The position numbers and the translations under genes are program-made. From the NCBI GenBank assembly GCA_002633005.1, contig NMRA01000076.1:562277-626276 (forward strand): a stretch of 64,000 nt of DNA, written 5' to 3'. The notes under the pieces were generated by a model that had not been told where the DNA came from, ran no database searches, and saw only the letters and a list, made by a program, of their open reading frames with translations. Within the stretch, counting starts at the first letter, position 1. Each line of letters opens with the position of its first letter. Shown here piece by piece: positions 41,359-52,100 of the stretch. The stretch comes from Phoronis australis (lineage: Eukaryota > Animalia > Phoronida).

Positions 41359-42024
41359 CAGGACTCGACATTAACTTTTATTTTAACTTGTCCGGTTGGA
41401 CAAGTAGAATTAAAATTTACTTGTCCTGACCTACAAGACATTCGTCCAATTAAACTCAATTATACTTTCGAACATATGTGAATGTTGCACATTAAACCTG
41501 TTAGCACAGTCTCAATAAACATGTGCACGAGCATATATTACACGAAATTTAAAGTGGATATTTGTATTCGCATTTCACCAGTGTATGAACACGCTACAGA
41601 TTTACCCTGGCTTTTCAGTTCAGTTATAGAATGTTTTCATAAGCTGCTGAGTGAGCCGTCGGCTGTTGGTGACATTTCAAAGATTTGATCCTAAACACAT
41701 CTGACCTAAACGAAGGCGATGAACTGTTTGCGTTAGCGTATTTTTCACACAGGACACAACACATTTTCTGGAAACTATCACATCGTAACCAGTCAGAATC
41801 TTCCTTCCATTTTCGAAGGAATTCCTGTTTTCGTTTATTAATTTCATTCTGTTGCTTGGTGGCTTCACGCCCTTTGGTTTGGTTACCAGTTGCAAGATTA
41901 GAGCTTGTCGACTTGAAACCATACGCAAATAAAGTATTTTTTCGGTAGTGCAACAGCAGACAGCCGTGCAGACGTCAGATTTCACACATGCCGTAAGACA
42001 GTTAATGTCTTAAAGTTATATTAA

Positions 42025-43730
42025 AGGAGAATGCCATCCGATTTAATTACTCTTTTTTACTGTCTTAATCAGTCAATGTCCACATCGCCTTGCAAACGGT
42101 CTACTTTACTTTGCCGAGAGGTGTCGCGTTAACCTGTGAGGAAGGTGAGAAACGACGCAGCGACGTCAGTGGTTCATTTGTAGAGTGAATGCCGATATGT
42201 TGCGGTGATCGTTCCCGCTTGTCCGGACCATATGCAGCTGTAAGGAAAGTGTGTAGATGGTTTTTTCGACTTCCTCGAGAGTCCGAAATGCTTAGGAAGT
42301 GGCTCGCGGTAGTGAAGAATGAAAAGTATGCTGTAAATAGCAAGTATGAGGCTGTGAAGCATCTCCGTGTCTGTGGCCTGCAGTCATCGACAACTGACGA
42401 ATGCCAACTTACCAAATAATTATCCAAACGTTCTGTTGCCTGAGCTTGTTCGCAGTGCCTCTCTAGTATTTCTTCATCACTGTATTCTGGTTCGAACTGA
42501 TAGCCTGTGAAACTTAACGATCCACCTGCGAGTCTTCGTCGAATGAGCTCTCATCTAAGTCGAGATTGTGAGTTGCCATGATAACATTTTATACTGAGCA
42601 TTCTGTTTCAAACTGAATTATTCTCACCCTAACCAATACTTATATAAAACTGAAACAAAGTCTGTCTCATTAGATGGAATTTGTAATGCCTTTGGAGTGT
42701 TCTTGAGTGCAAATGATTTGAGAAGCCAGCAATGAATAAATCACTGCATTACCAGCTTTAGGTGCAATAAAACTAATTGACCGGACACCGAGGCCGTGTG
42801 AGCGCAAGCTAATTCAGTGTTTTGCTGACAGAAACTGTTGTGAAACAATAACTCGATTTTCTATCCACGGCCATTTGTTAGGGGAATCTTTATTTACCTA
42901 TACATTATTCAAATAATGATTGTCAATGTACAATTTCTGCCGTGACGGTTCTGTGGCCAAAGGGGAACCTGAATTCGCAGCCCCTGATGAGTAAGTACAT
43001 TTGCAGTTTCGTGGCTAATTCACAAACATAATCACGTGCACATTACTTCTTTGGCTCACTAGTATAGTATTTCCTTGACTGAAAGTTTAGTTTCCAATTT
43101 TGGCTGGTTTATGTTCACGATGTCTTCAGTCCGGCCGCGACGGACGGGCCTGATCAGGTTCCGAGCCACTGACCGCAATAACGAGTCAGTCCGGCCGCGA
43201 CGGGCCTAGTCGGTTTTCGAGCCACTGGCCGGGATAACAAGTGTTTTGTGTATACATTTAGAACTCAACAAGTCACAAGTCTAAACAACACAGATCTAGG
43301 TTCTCCTGTCTGTATTTCACGAATTTATCTCCGAACAGACCCCAAACGCCTGCTACGCCCGCCTACGGACCTTGGTAAGTTGGCCAGCCGATTTTTGTAG
43401 GCTATGGTGTGTCCAAATACCAATAAATCCGTAACAGCTAAGTATATCAACCCATTTTTGTAAGAACTCCATGTATTTTTAAGGGCTTTACATCGAAGTT
43501 TGATAATTTATTGGTGTTAAAGGATGAATTGAAGCGATAAGCTGACACCAGTAACCCGTGTTGTGAACTGCTGAACAGACTGCGTGTGAAACCAATTACG
43601 TCATTGGATAATTTCAACATCTCCGTCTGCCGTCATGTGTCAGGTAACGCAACCGAACGTGCCGTTATTGAGTAGAACTGCTCGATCTAAATTGATACAA
43701 AATAGGTTGTTTTTTGGGTGGCATGCTCCT
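42025..43730. mobile_element. Kolobok-like DNA transposon (internally deleted) nested in the hAT-like element
   Basis: TTAA on both flanks, TIR AGGAGAATGCCATCC / GGGTGGCATGCTCCT, THAP-like remnant (+42189-42380), KolX-like YQFEPEYSDEE remnant (-42413-42579). Confidence 0.75.
43126..43243. repeat. Two-copy ~60-bp GC-rich tandem repeat inside the Kolobok element
   Basis: TCAGTCCGGCCGCGACGG...CGAGCCACTG..CG..ATAAC.AGT repeated at 43126 and 43186. Confidence 0.8.
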
Positions 43731-44519
43731 TTAATACACGCTAGCGAGTTATCACTACTATTATTGAGTCTTATATGTAAATAATTTAAGCCATTAATTG
43801 TAACGATAGAGAGTCGAAATGTATTGATGAGCAAATGATCACAATTTGATTTTAGAAATTGAGTGAACTGGTTTGAGGCGCCCTCCGTTTGAGATGAAGC
43901 ATCAGGAACCTGGCGTGCATTCAAAATGCTCGCACCTACGCTAGGACCAACCTAAAATCAAACTTTGAGAGATTACATAAGATACTGCCGTGTATTTTAA
44001 ATGAAAACATGCGACGTTGGCTAGAACTATTCGAATGCAAGTGCTTTGGATCACGTCCAGTCAGCTCCTGCATAATCTAAACACCTTGCTGATTTGCGCC
44101 GCATATTATCACCACTGATGGCTATATACGTGAGTTATCACTGCAACAAATATTTTCTGATTGTTCAGAATTATTATAGTTTGCAAAAATTCATTAACCT
44201 GTCATGCCGGACAAGCTGCTCGGCTATGAGCTTATCCAGACCAACAAATTCGTTGTCCCAGGCAGTCGGACTACAGTTAATATCGAGCCCTGGTTCACTA
44301 GCTAGGCCTCTACAAGTATTCTCAGCTTGAAACACAGATACTCAAGCTTGACTAAAACCCAATCAAGGTGCTCGTCCCTGATTGCCTGTTGAAAGACTGC
44401 CAGTAACCTCCCGTCAGCAGTATCAATAAAAGATACATCCAACGAACTTGACAAATCACAAGACACCACAGAACCATCAAGGATGAATGACGTTGACGAT
44501 TACAACAAAATAAACTGTT

Positions 44520-44830
44520 CTAAATGAACAAGACCGTACACAAGCTAGTTGCCATTCCCTACACATAACTTCCACTCCTACGTATTTCTAGATCACGTAA
44601 TTCTCAATCTCATACCTTTGACAGAACATACATTCGCATTGCACACTAGTACCACAGGCACCTTTAATTAGCCCTCGACGATATACTAACTCTTTATTTA
44701 TATACTACCGTCTACGGCTGATGAAAGCCAAAGGTGCCTGTGCTAGTAAAGTTACACAAACTCTTTCTGCCCATCTACTATTTTACTCTGGAATAGACTT
44801 CCACAACATCCCATCTCATCATAAACAATA
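44520..44830 (+). mobile_element. 3' continuation of the same LINE ORF2
   Basis: Reads KTVHKLVAIP...NSFCPSTILLWNRLP, similar to the CR1-type C-terminal SFFPRTIxxWNxLP; interrupted by a ~100-bp hairpin element at ~44646-44747. Confidence 0.6.
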
Positions 44831-44952
44831 GAAATGTTCTCGAACATCAACCTTACTCAGAAAAGAATAAAACTTGTTTTATCATGGCACTAAACCCACA
44901 CTTCGTTTTGTTGTTATTTTCACAGTTATGCACAGTTTATCACTAATATGCA

Positions 44953-47129
44953 CAGGGCTCGACATAACGAGCTGCAGGTCGCATTTGCGACCTGAAATTT
45001 TGGAATGCGAGCTGAGATTTTTGTCAGCTCGTATGAAGTCGCAAAATGCGACCTGGAATTTCCAACGAATGCGAGCTGAGTTTTTACACTTCTAAACAGA
45101 TACCTGGCAAATACACAGCAGCTCTTGTTAATCCGACCGTTATTTGGTTTTTGCCAAATACAAGTTCAAAAGAACACTAACCGAGAACATGCCTCGATCC
45201 CGATGACTTGTAAGCAAGTCGCGTGAACATGGGATATGCAGAATCGATCTTTGACGCGTTTCATTGGCTAACACTTTCGGCCACTTTTGTAAATTCACGG
45301 ATTCGCCGAAGAAAGTTTCGGGCCACTGCTTACACGTGATAAAACTTCACAAAACAATGGTGTTTCTATTAATTCTTAAGCGATCAACTTAGCAAACTTT
45401 GTGGTGGACAAAAATGCTTATTTTTCACGTAAGATGTCCTTATTACATGTACCAAATATCCACGACAATATCCCTGATATTGCACTGCGGCACCGTTAGC
45501 GCGCAAGCGGTCCCGGCAGACAATCGTGACTTAGACGGAGATGTGCTTCTCCTTTTATCGTATTAAGACAACCAAAGTGAAAATGACAACCTTATTAATC
45601 GCCAAACAACGGTCACGTCTTTACTTTCAGTTGCCAAGAAATTCTCAAACCCTTTACTTGTTTCAGGGGCTACGTGCGCGAAATAATTTGTCTTTCACAC
45701 GTTGTTGCCAACGTAAAGTGTAGGCCTACTCCAACGATTCAAGTGCGTGAACTCACACGTGCGCACCACTTCAAAGAACAGCGACAGTCCTAAATGAAAG
45801 AGCATACAGGCTTGGCTCTGGTTTATTTGAAAATGAACTCAGTTTCCCAGCGGTTATAAAATACCCGATGTCCCGGGACCGATATAACCCAGAACTAACG
45901 TTATCCTGTTCCGATGTTTCCCGAGGTCGATGTTCTGTAAACCCTGTATTCTATGCCCGTAGCCAGCTATTGCAACTAAACTGGCACTAGATTGTGGTTC
46001 AAGTTAGCGAACTTTTCATTCTTCTCTTTATACACCCCCCGGCAACTTTTCGCTCCCCGAACCACCGTCGCCGTAAAATGTTCAGACTCCTATAGAAACA
46101 ACCTTGTTCCGGCTGAAGCGGGCAGTTAAAAAATCATTCCGGGTGGCTAAAAAGGGTACAATGTAGTTGGTAACGATATCCAGAAAGTCACCCCTACCAG
46201 ATGGAGTTTGCCTCGCAAAATCGTATTATTATAACGTTTTTTACCATTGCAGCGTTTTAATATCTTATTACCGCAAACACTTAGGTTAACGACTATACTC
46301 ACGCACAAGCCTACTCCCTGCCTTTAAAGTGTTTCATAATAAGCGCTCACTGATCTATTAAAAGTCCCCCCTTAAATTTTGAGAATTTCCAATTAAGCGC
46401 CCACAGTTCAAGCTAGCGCCCATCATTGCGCACTACAAACGACCGCGTGTGGTTTAAAATTGACACGCAGATTATATGGTGTGGGTCAGTTTCATTTTAC
46501 ACAACTTCAGTTTTCAAAAACGTCTTTTCACAATATGTAAAAACCAAATCCCAGCTTTGTTTTATACCTCGGAAAGAAAGTTAACACTAGTGACGTGCGT
46601 GTCGTTTTGCGACTGACCTATTTTTCCCGTACTTGGAAGGTATTGAAGAGCAAACTCGCGATTACCCGAGTTAGTTTGAATCGTTAACGACTTTGATGAC
46701 GGCCAGTAGCAGACCAGATCTAACAAAATCCCGGATACTTTTTCAACGGGCATTTTCTCCCTTTTCACATTGCAAATTTAGCTACTCGAATGCACAAGTC
46801 AGTTAGAGAGCACTGATTCAACTTTCACGCCGGCAACTTGCCTTGCGCTCTAAAGACTTTCAATGGCGGTCGTGAAGAACAGTAAGGCCGTACCTGCATG
46901 AATGAAGTCAATTTTGAGATCTGAAATTTGTGAGTATTTAACGCTGCAGGTAAGAGCATAATCTAAACATTTTCTCGATGATCTAAACAATCTATTATGG
47001 CGCGTAAAAATGGCGGGAAAATTTTGCGACCTGGCATTTACGAATGCGAGCTGGATTTTGAAAATGCGACCTGGGATTTTGGCTAGGTCGCAAAATGCGA
47101 CCTGGCGATTTTAATAGCGTCGAGCCCTG
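44953..47129. mobile_element. Non-autonomous hAT-like DNA transposon
   Basis: TIR CAGGGCTCGAC / GTCGAGCCCTG, 5-bp TSD ATGCA, clustered subterminal TGCGA(C/G)CTG motifs at both ends. Confidence 0.85.
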
Positions 47130-47139
47130 ATGCACCAAC

Positions 47140-47155
47140 ATATAGGGATCAACAT
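47140..47155 (-). CDS. EFR3: Candidate EFR3 exon 1 coding part (MLIPI + T)
   Basis: gaaATG TTG ATC CCT ATA T|GTTGGT; phase 1 matches exon 2 and gives MLIPICCCGSLKPRW; speculative. Confidence 0.35.
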
Positions 47156-48239
47156 TTCGATCGTCTGTTGAAAATTGGAAGAAGAAGACGAAGACCTAAC
47201 TAGTAAACCTGAGGAATGTGCGATATCCGCAAAATGGTGAATGAAAAAAATATCTTGTCTGTCTTGTCTGCCGATTCTGAATCAGCAACTGACAGATACC
47301 AGATAAAAGTAGAGTTAGTTTGGATAGAAATGGAGCATTCGAACGATTACATCTCAGTGTTATAGAAATGTTACATTACCACTCATTTTATCACGACGGC
47401 GATCCGAGTCCGATCAATCATATGAAATACATCAAAAATGCAAACACAGTTTAACTGAAAAATATTCCCTTCCCACAAGAAACAAAAATGAAACAACGTT
47501 CAAATGTGCAAGAAATCGTTGTTTCGATGACCAGTGCGCGACACCTACGGGCAACGCGAATAATAGCGATGCTGCGCATGAACTTGGAATTGAGTGAAGG
47601 CAAGAAATAAAATGTGACCTCAGTGAGTAGTGGGACATCATAGTAGATGTAGATGTCATGAAAAAAAAACATTCACAACATAGTAATAGGGTAGCAGGTT
47701 ACATAGGCGAATTTAGGGGGGAGGGGTCCACTGCGCCAGGNCGCACTACGACTCTGTTTCCGACGTCTGCTCCACTGTGCAATGAAGGAAATTTACTTCA
47801 TATTTTACAGAAAATGGAACCTGAGTGACGATAAAAAACAGAAGCTGCTGGTAAGATGTGAATTTTAATCGAAGCCTTAGTGAATCACTCAGAAACTCGC
47901 AATACTCTCTTCGACAAACCTTATCTTAAGACGATTTTCAAAGCAATCCTGTCATTATTGCCAACACGAAAAACGGATTTGGTCTTTTTGGCATTTGAAG
48001 ACTATTTTAAATACGACAAATTTGTTACGAATCGATGGCACAAAATATAAAACGTGTAATAAGCATTACAAAAGAAGTAGGTTTCGCGCGCAAACGCTGT
48101 GGACCATAAACAAGTAGGTCTCTTAGTATAACATTAGTACTTAAATCGTGGTGGCGTAGTGGCAACGCGCGCGTACAATATTCTCGAAGTGGTGAGTTCG
48201 AGTCTTTGAAACTTGCAGTTTTTCGTGTTTGACTCTTTC

Positions 48240-48465
48240 TCCTTTTTTGCCATTTTTTCTTGGATAATACTTAAGGAATCAAGCAAAATGCTTGATTTTT
48301 AGAGGTAAAAACAGAAAAAGTTCCAGGGCGGGAGGGGGGCAAACCTCCCTCCCGACCTCCCCCCATTCGGTGCTATGCGCATCTACAATCGTGGTTCAGT
48401 TTGCGCAAATGCTTACAGCCGAACAAAACGTTGCCCCCCCTTGTGATATCCTAGATCCGCCAATG
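48240..48465. mobile_element. Copy of the GC-rich MITE family; possible left end at 47702
   Basis: Reverse complement of 51116-51341; ends CTAGATCCGCCAATG. Confidence 0.8.
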
Positions 48466-48957
48466 TAAATTTACAGTAATTTCGTGAATAAACATCAATA
48501 TCATATTGAGTTTCTCAAATTGATTATTCTGAAGAAACCTGAGTAGCAAATTTTGAACATGCGCTGATCCCTTCAACTGCAAGTTCATTGACGGTAGTTA
48601 CTTTATAAAAAATATTTTACAGGATTAATGCATTGAGGTGAACCATTGTACACTGTATAGAGCAAACAATTGTTTTCATTGTACTGAGCTCAATATAAAC
48701 ATAGGGGCCATTTCGGGGAAATTCTATGAAGTAAATTGTGCAAGACAATTTGGAGATTTTCAACAATTTTGTGAACAGGCAGAAACGTCTGCAAAACGAT
48801 GCAAAGCAAAACAGGTTATCAATAAACTGTATGGCCCCTCGCACCTAATTTAAGGCCAAACTGTTTCACAGTGTGGTTACCAATCGCGAAACCAGTTCCT
48901 TCACATTACATCTTATGGGTAGTTCTCACAATATGGCCCCTGCGTTCGAATGTACAG

Positions 48958-49134
48958 TTACTCTACAGAAAACAGAATTAACAAAGAAATCAAAAGAGAC
49001 ACATTCAAGTAGGCGGAAGGTGATCCATTGACCGGCGTCGTAGCTTGTTGACCTAGACATTGCCTTGGAGATTCTGGGAAGACTGTGTTAATTGTCAAGC
49101 CGTTGTTGTACGTACCGGGCGGACGATTTGTAGC
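48958..49134 (-). CDS. MOXD1: MOXD1-like terminal exon with hydrophobic membrane/GPI-anchor-like tail
   Basis: ATNRPPG...QCLG...YLNVSLLISLLILFSVE*; tttcag acceptor. Confidence 0.8.
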   Translation of the reverse strand, partial: ATNRPPGTYNNGLTINTVFPESPRQCLGQQATTPVNGSPSAYLNVSLLISLLILFSVE

Positions 49135-52100
49135 CTGAAATGTATAGTGTTTTATAGTGAAAAGAAATGAAAGCGTCTGGGTCTTTACCGAATCAATTAG
49201 CCCATATGAGAACATTTCCGCTTCTTCCTCAGAAACGTCTGTCAACGAAGCAAGAATTACAACAGGGAGAAAGTTAGTGTTTGCCAATTTCATTCAAATA
49301 AAATCACGTCTTGAAATAAGGCTAGTTAACACTTCTTATTCTGTATGGTTACACCGAGTTCGTATTGGAACTCATAGGTACAGTGCATTACTTTTGCCTA
49401 AATGAACAACCTCATTCTTTTTGTATCTTACTTGACAGTTGATCATTCAGTAAATGCGATTTTTTCAGCAACATTGCCTTCTCCGAAGGTGCCACACCAA
49501 TACCTACCGAGAGGCTTTGGTAACCGTTTGCACTGCACTGTATATGATAAGGACCGTTCTTCATCGCCGTTTCGAGTTGTTTGGCATTCGTGACATCCCA
49601 TGTCATCTTGGTCAACGCCTCATATTCATTCAACCCATTGTACTCGCCACTAGTGATCACCATCTGACGCTTTTCTCTGAAAGACAACATTTAACTCTGC
49701 CTACTTCCGGAGCTGTAGGTGGATCCGAACCCGATCCTGTATGCGAAATATTTGAGTAAAGTAGGAATGAAGTTAAGAGCTGCGCTGTATTAACTTCTTC
49801 ACTGCTGTCCCAAGCTTGGCCACTGGCCCTTACAAATTAAGTCTCGAAATCTTGCCATGACTGGGTTTTTCTTTCGTTGTCACAAGAACATGCAAAACAA
49901 GCTATCTAGACCTTTCAGTTTTTGTTAGCTTCTATTCAAACACCGGGTATCTCTTAAAGAGGCCTACAACGCGAAAACTCGTACAAATACCTTTTAAGAT
50001 CGTGACGAATTTAGACTTCTTGGGAATACTAACATGCATTATTTACTTTGAATATAAAAAAATTTCTAAAACAAATCCTCAGATTTACTACTTTGAGACA
50101 CAAACGAAAAAACTCTCGTCCTAACGCAGCTTTGAAAGTCTCATCCCACAACAATACACACGCGCTCGGTAAACATTTGCCAAGTGCATAAACACCATTG
50201 TTTTGTTTAGATCAAAAGGACTAAGACCACCTTTTCCATATGAGAGAAAAGTGTTGCCATACAAAATAAGGAGAAGTGCTTTGCCCTGTGGGAGAAAACT
50301 CAACAAAAGGAGGAGCAGTTGATAGATTGTATTTTTTGAAATTTGAATTTAAAGGAAAAATGGTTTTACATCAACAAAAATCAAAATGTTTACAAACAAA
50401 TCGCAAAAATATCTGGTGAACAGTTTGACTTCTGTTTTAAATGCCTGAGACCGACATTGAGTAATTCAGTGTAGTCTGTTTTCGAGTTCTATGCCACTTT
50501 AAAACCAGCTAAAAGCGTTTCTGTGATGGCAACGAAGCTTTAAACCTAGTTTGATAGGTATAATTAGCTTGTTTCTTGTTTTCACGATTTTCAGGTTTAA
50601 GCAACACATATGGAATTAGAAAGCATAGCTTTAACAGCACGTGATGGAAGGTTTGTTATCCTTTATATTTAATGTTGCATGTTTTTAAAATTAATATCGA
50701 ATAATGAGGCAAATGTGGTATATGACTCTGGACAAACACAGGAAGTTGTATTGACCCGGCGGTAATTTCATGCTCGAAGGTTAGTCTCCAACAACAAACA
50801 ACTGCCAGTTTCCTAGTTTTTACGAGTGCTTGAATTGTACAGTATTACACTTACGCGTCGTATGTTTCGTTGAAGCCTTTTCCGTAAAAAAATGGTGAGA
50901 AGTTATACGGAGTACTGGAGCACCTGGTCAGATTGACACGAGGATAGTAAAGTACAAAGGACAGGCACATTTCATCGGTCGTAGCCAAGCCGCCCTGTAA
51001 TGCAAAAACGACATTAGAGTTCCGGTGACAGAGTGGAACTGGTGGAATTCTTTGTTACATAGGCAAAAACAAGAAATGCAGAAAATGTCGAAAAACGCAA
51101 TGAACACATGAATAACAGTGGCGGATCTAGGATATCACAAGGGGGGGCCAACATTTTGTCCGGCTGGAAGCATTTGCGCAAACCGAACCACGATTGTAGA
51201 TGCGCATAGCACCGAATGGGGGGAGGTCGGGAGCGGGGCAAACCCCCCTCCCGCCCAGGAAATTTTTCTGTTTTTACCTCTAAAAATCAAGCGTTTTCCT
51301 TGATTCCTGAAGTATTATCCAAGAAAAAAAGGCAAAAAAAANNNNNNNNNNNNNNNNNNNNNNNNNNNNNNNNNNNNNNNNNNNNNNNNNNNNNNNNNNN
51401 NNNNNNNNNNNNNNNNNNNNNNNNNNNNNNNNNNNNNNNNNNNNNNNNNNNNNNNNNNNNNNNNNNNNNNNNNNNNNNNNNNNNNNNNNNNNNNNNNNNN
51501 NNNNNNNNNNNNNNNNNNNNNNNNNNNNNNNNNNNNNNTTAGCCATAGTTCCGTTACGAACGCGCCGTGTTCCGAATTTGACACTTGAAATTGGATTTGA
51601 GCCCCCCAACACTAAAACTGCACACATTTAAATCTTTTTTCATCCGTATAATTTTAATTACCGGGGTTAATTAATAAACTCTCCATTTCCCTACGCTATT
51701 ACTGTTTTATTTTTTTGCTGCAGCCAAGGGGGGGGGGGCGGGCCCCCTGCCCCCCCCTAAATCCGCCTATGAATAAGGAATCGTAATAACGCAACAAACA
51801 GAAAAAACTGCGAAGATCGGCGCGGAAATAACCCACCGTAAACAATAAATCCGTAACAATGGAACGCTCATGATCGGAGTAACATTAAAACCAATACTAA
51901 GAAACGAAAATGAAGTGCAAATAACTGATAATATCAAAAAGGGACATGTGAATGCGTAACAGGAGAGTGCAGAGGAATTACAGGTAAGGGTAATATACAA
52001 ATGGGGGATGGGAGATTTGACGCTGGTCGCAGTAAAATGATGACCGAGATGAATATGATCAATTTCCTGAAGTAAACGATAAAAGTGATGTGGAAAATAC

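Larger units (their letters stand above)
41359..44292. mobile_element. hAT-like DNA transposon remnant with 5-bp TSD and TTF-type zinc-finger fragment
   Basis: TIRs CAGGACTCGACATTAAC / GTTAATATCGAGCCCTG, GTTCA duplicated on both sides; minus ORF 41624-41953 has W..WL..KMCCVLC..F..FR..SL..H...H (ZnF-TTF pattern). Confidence 0.8.
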
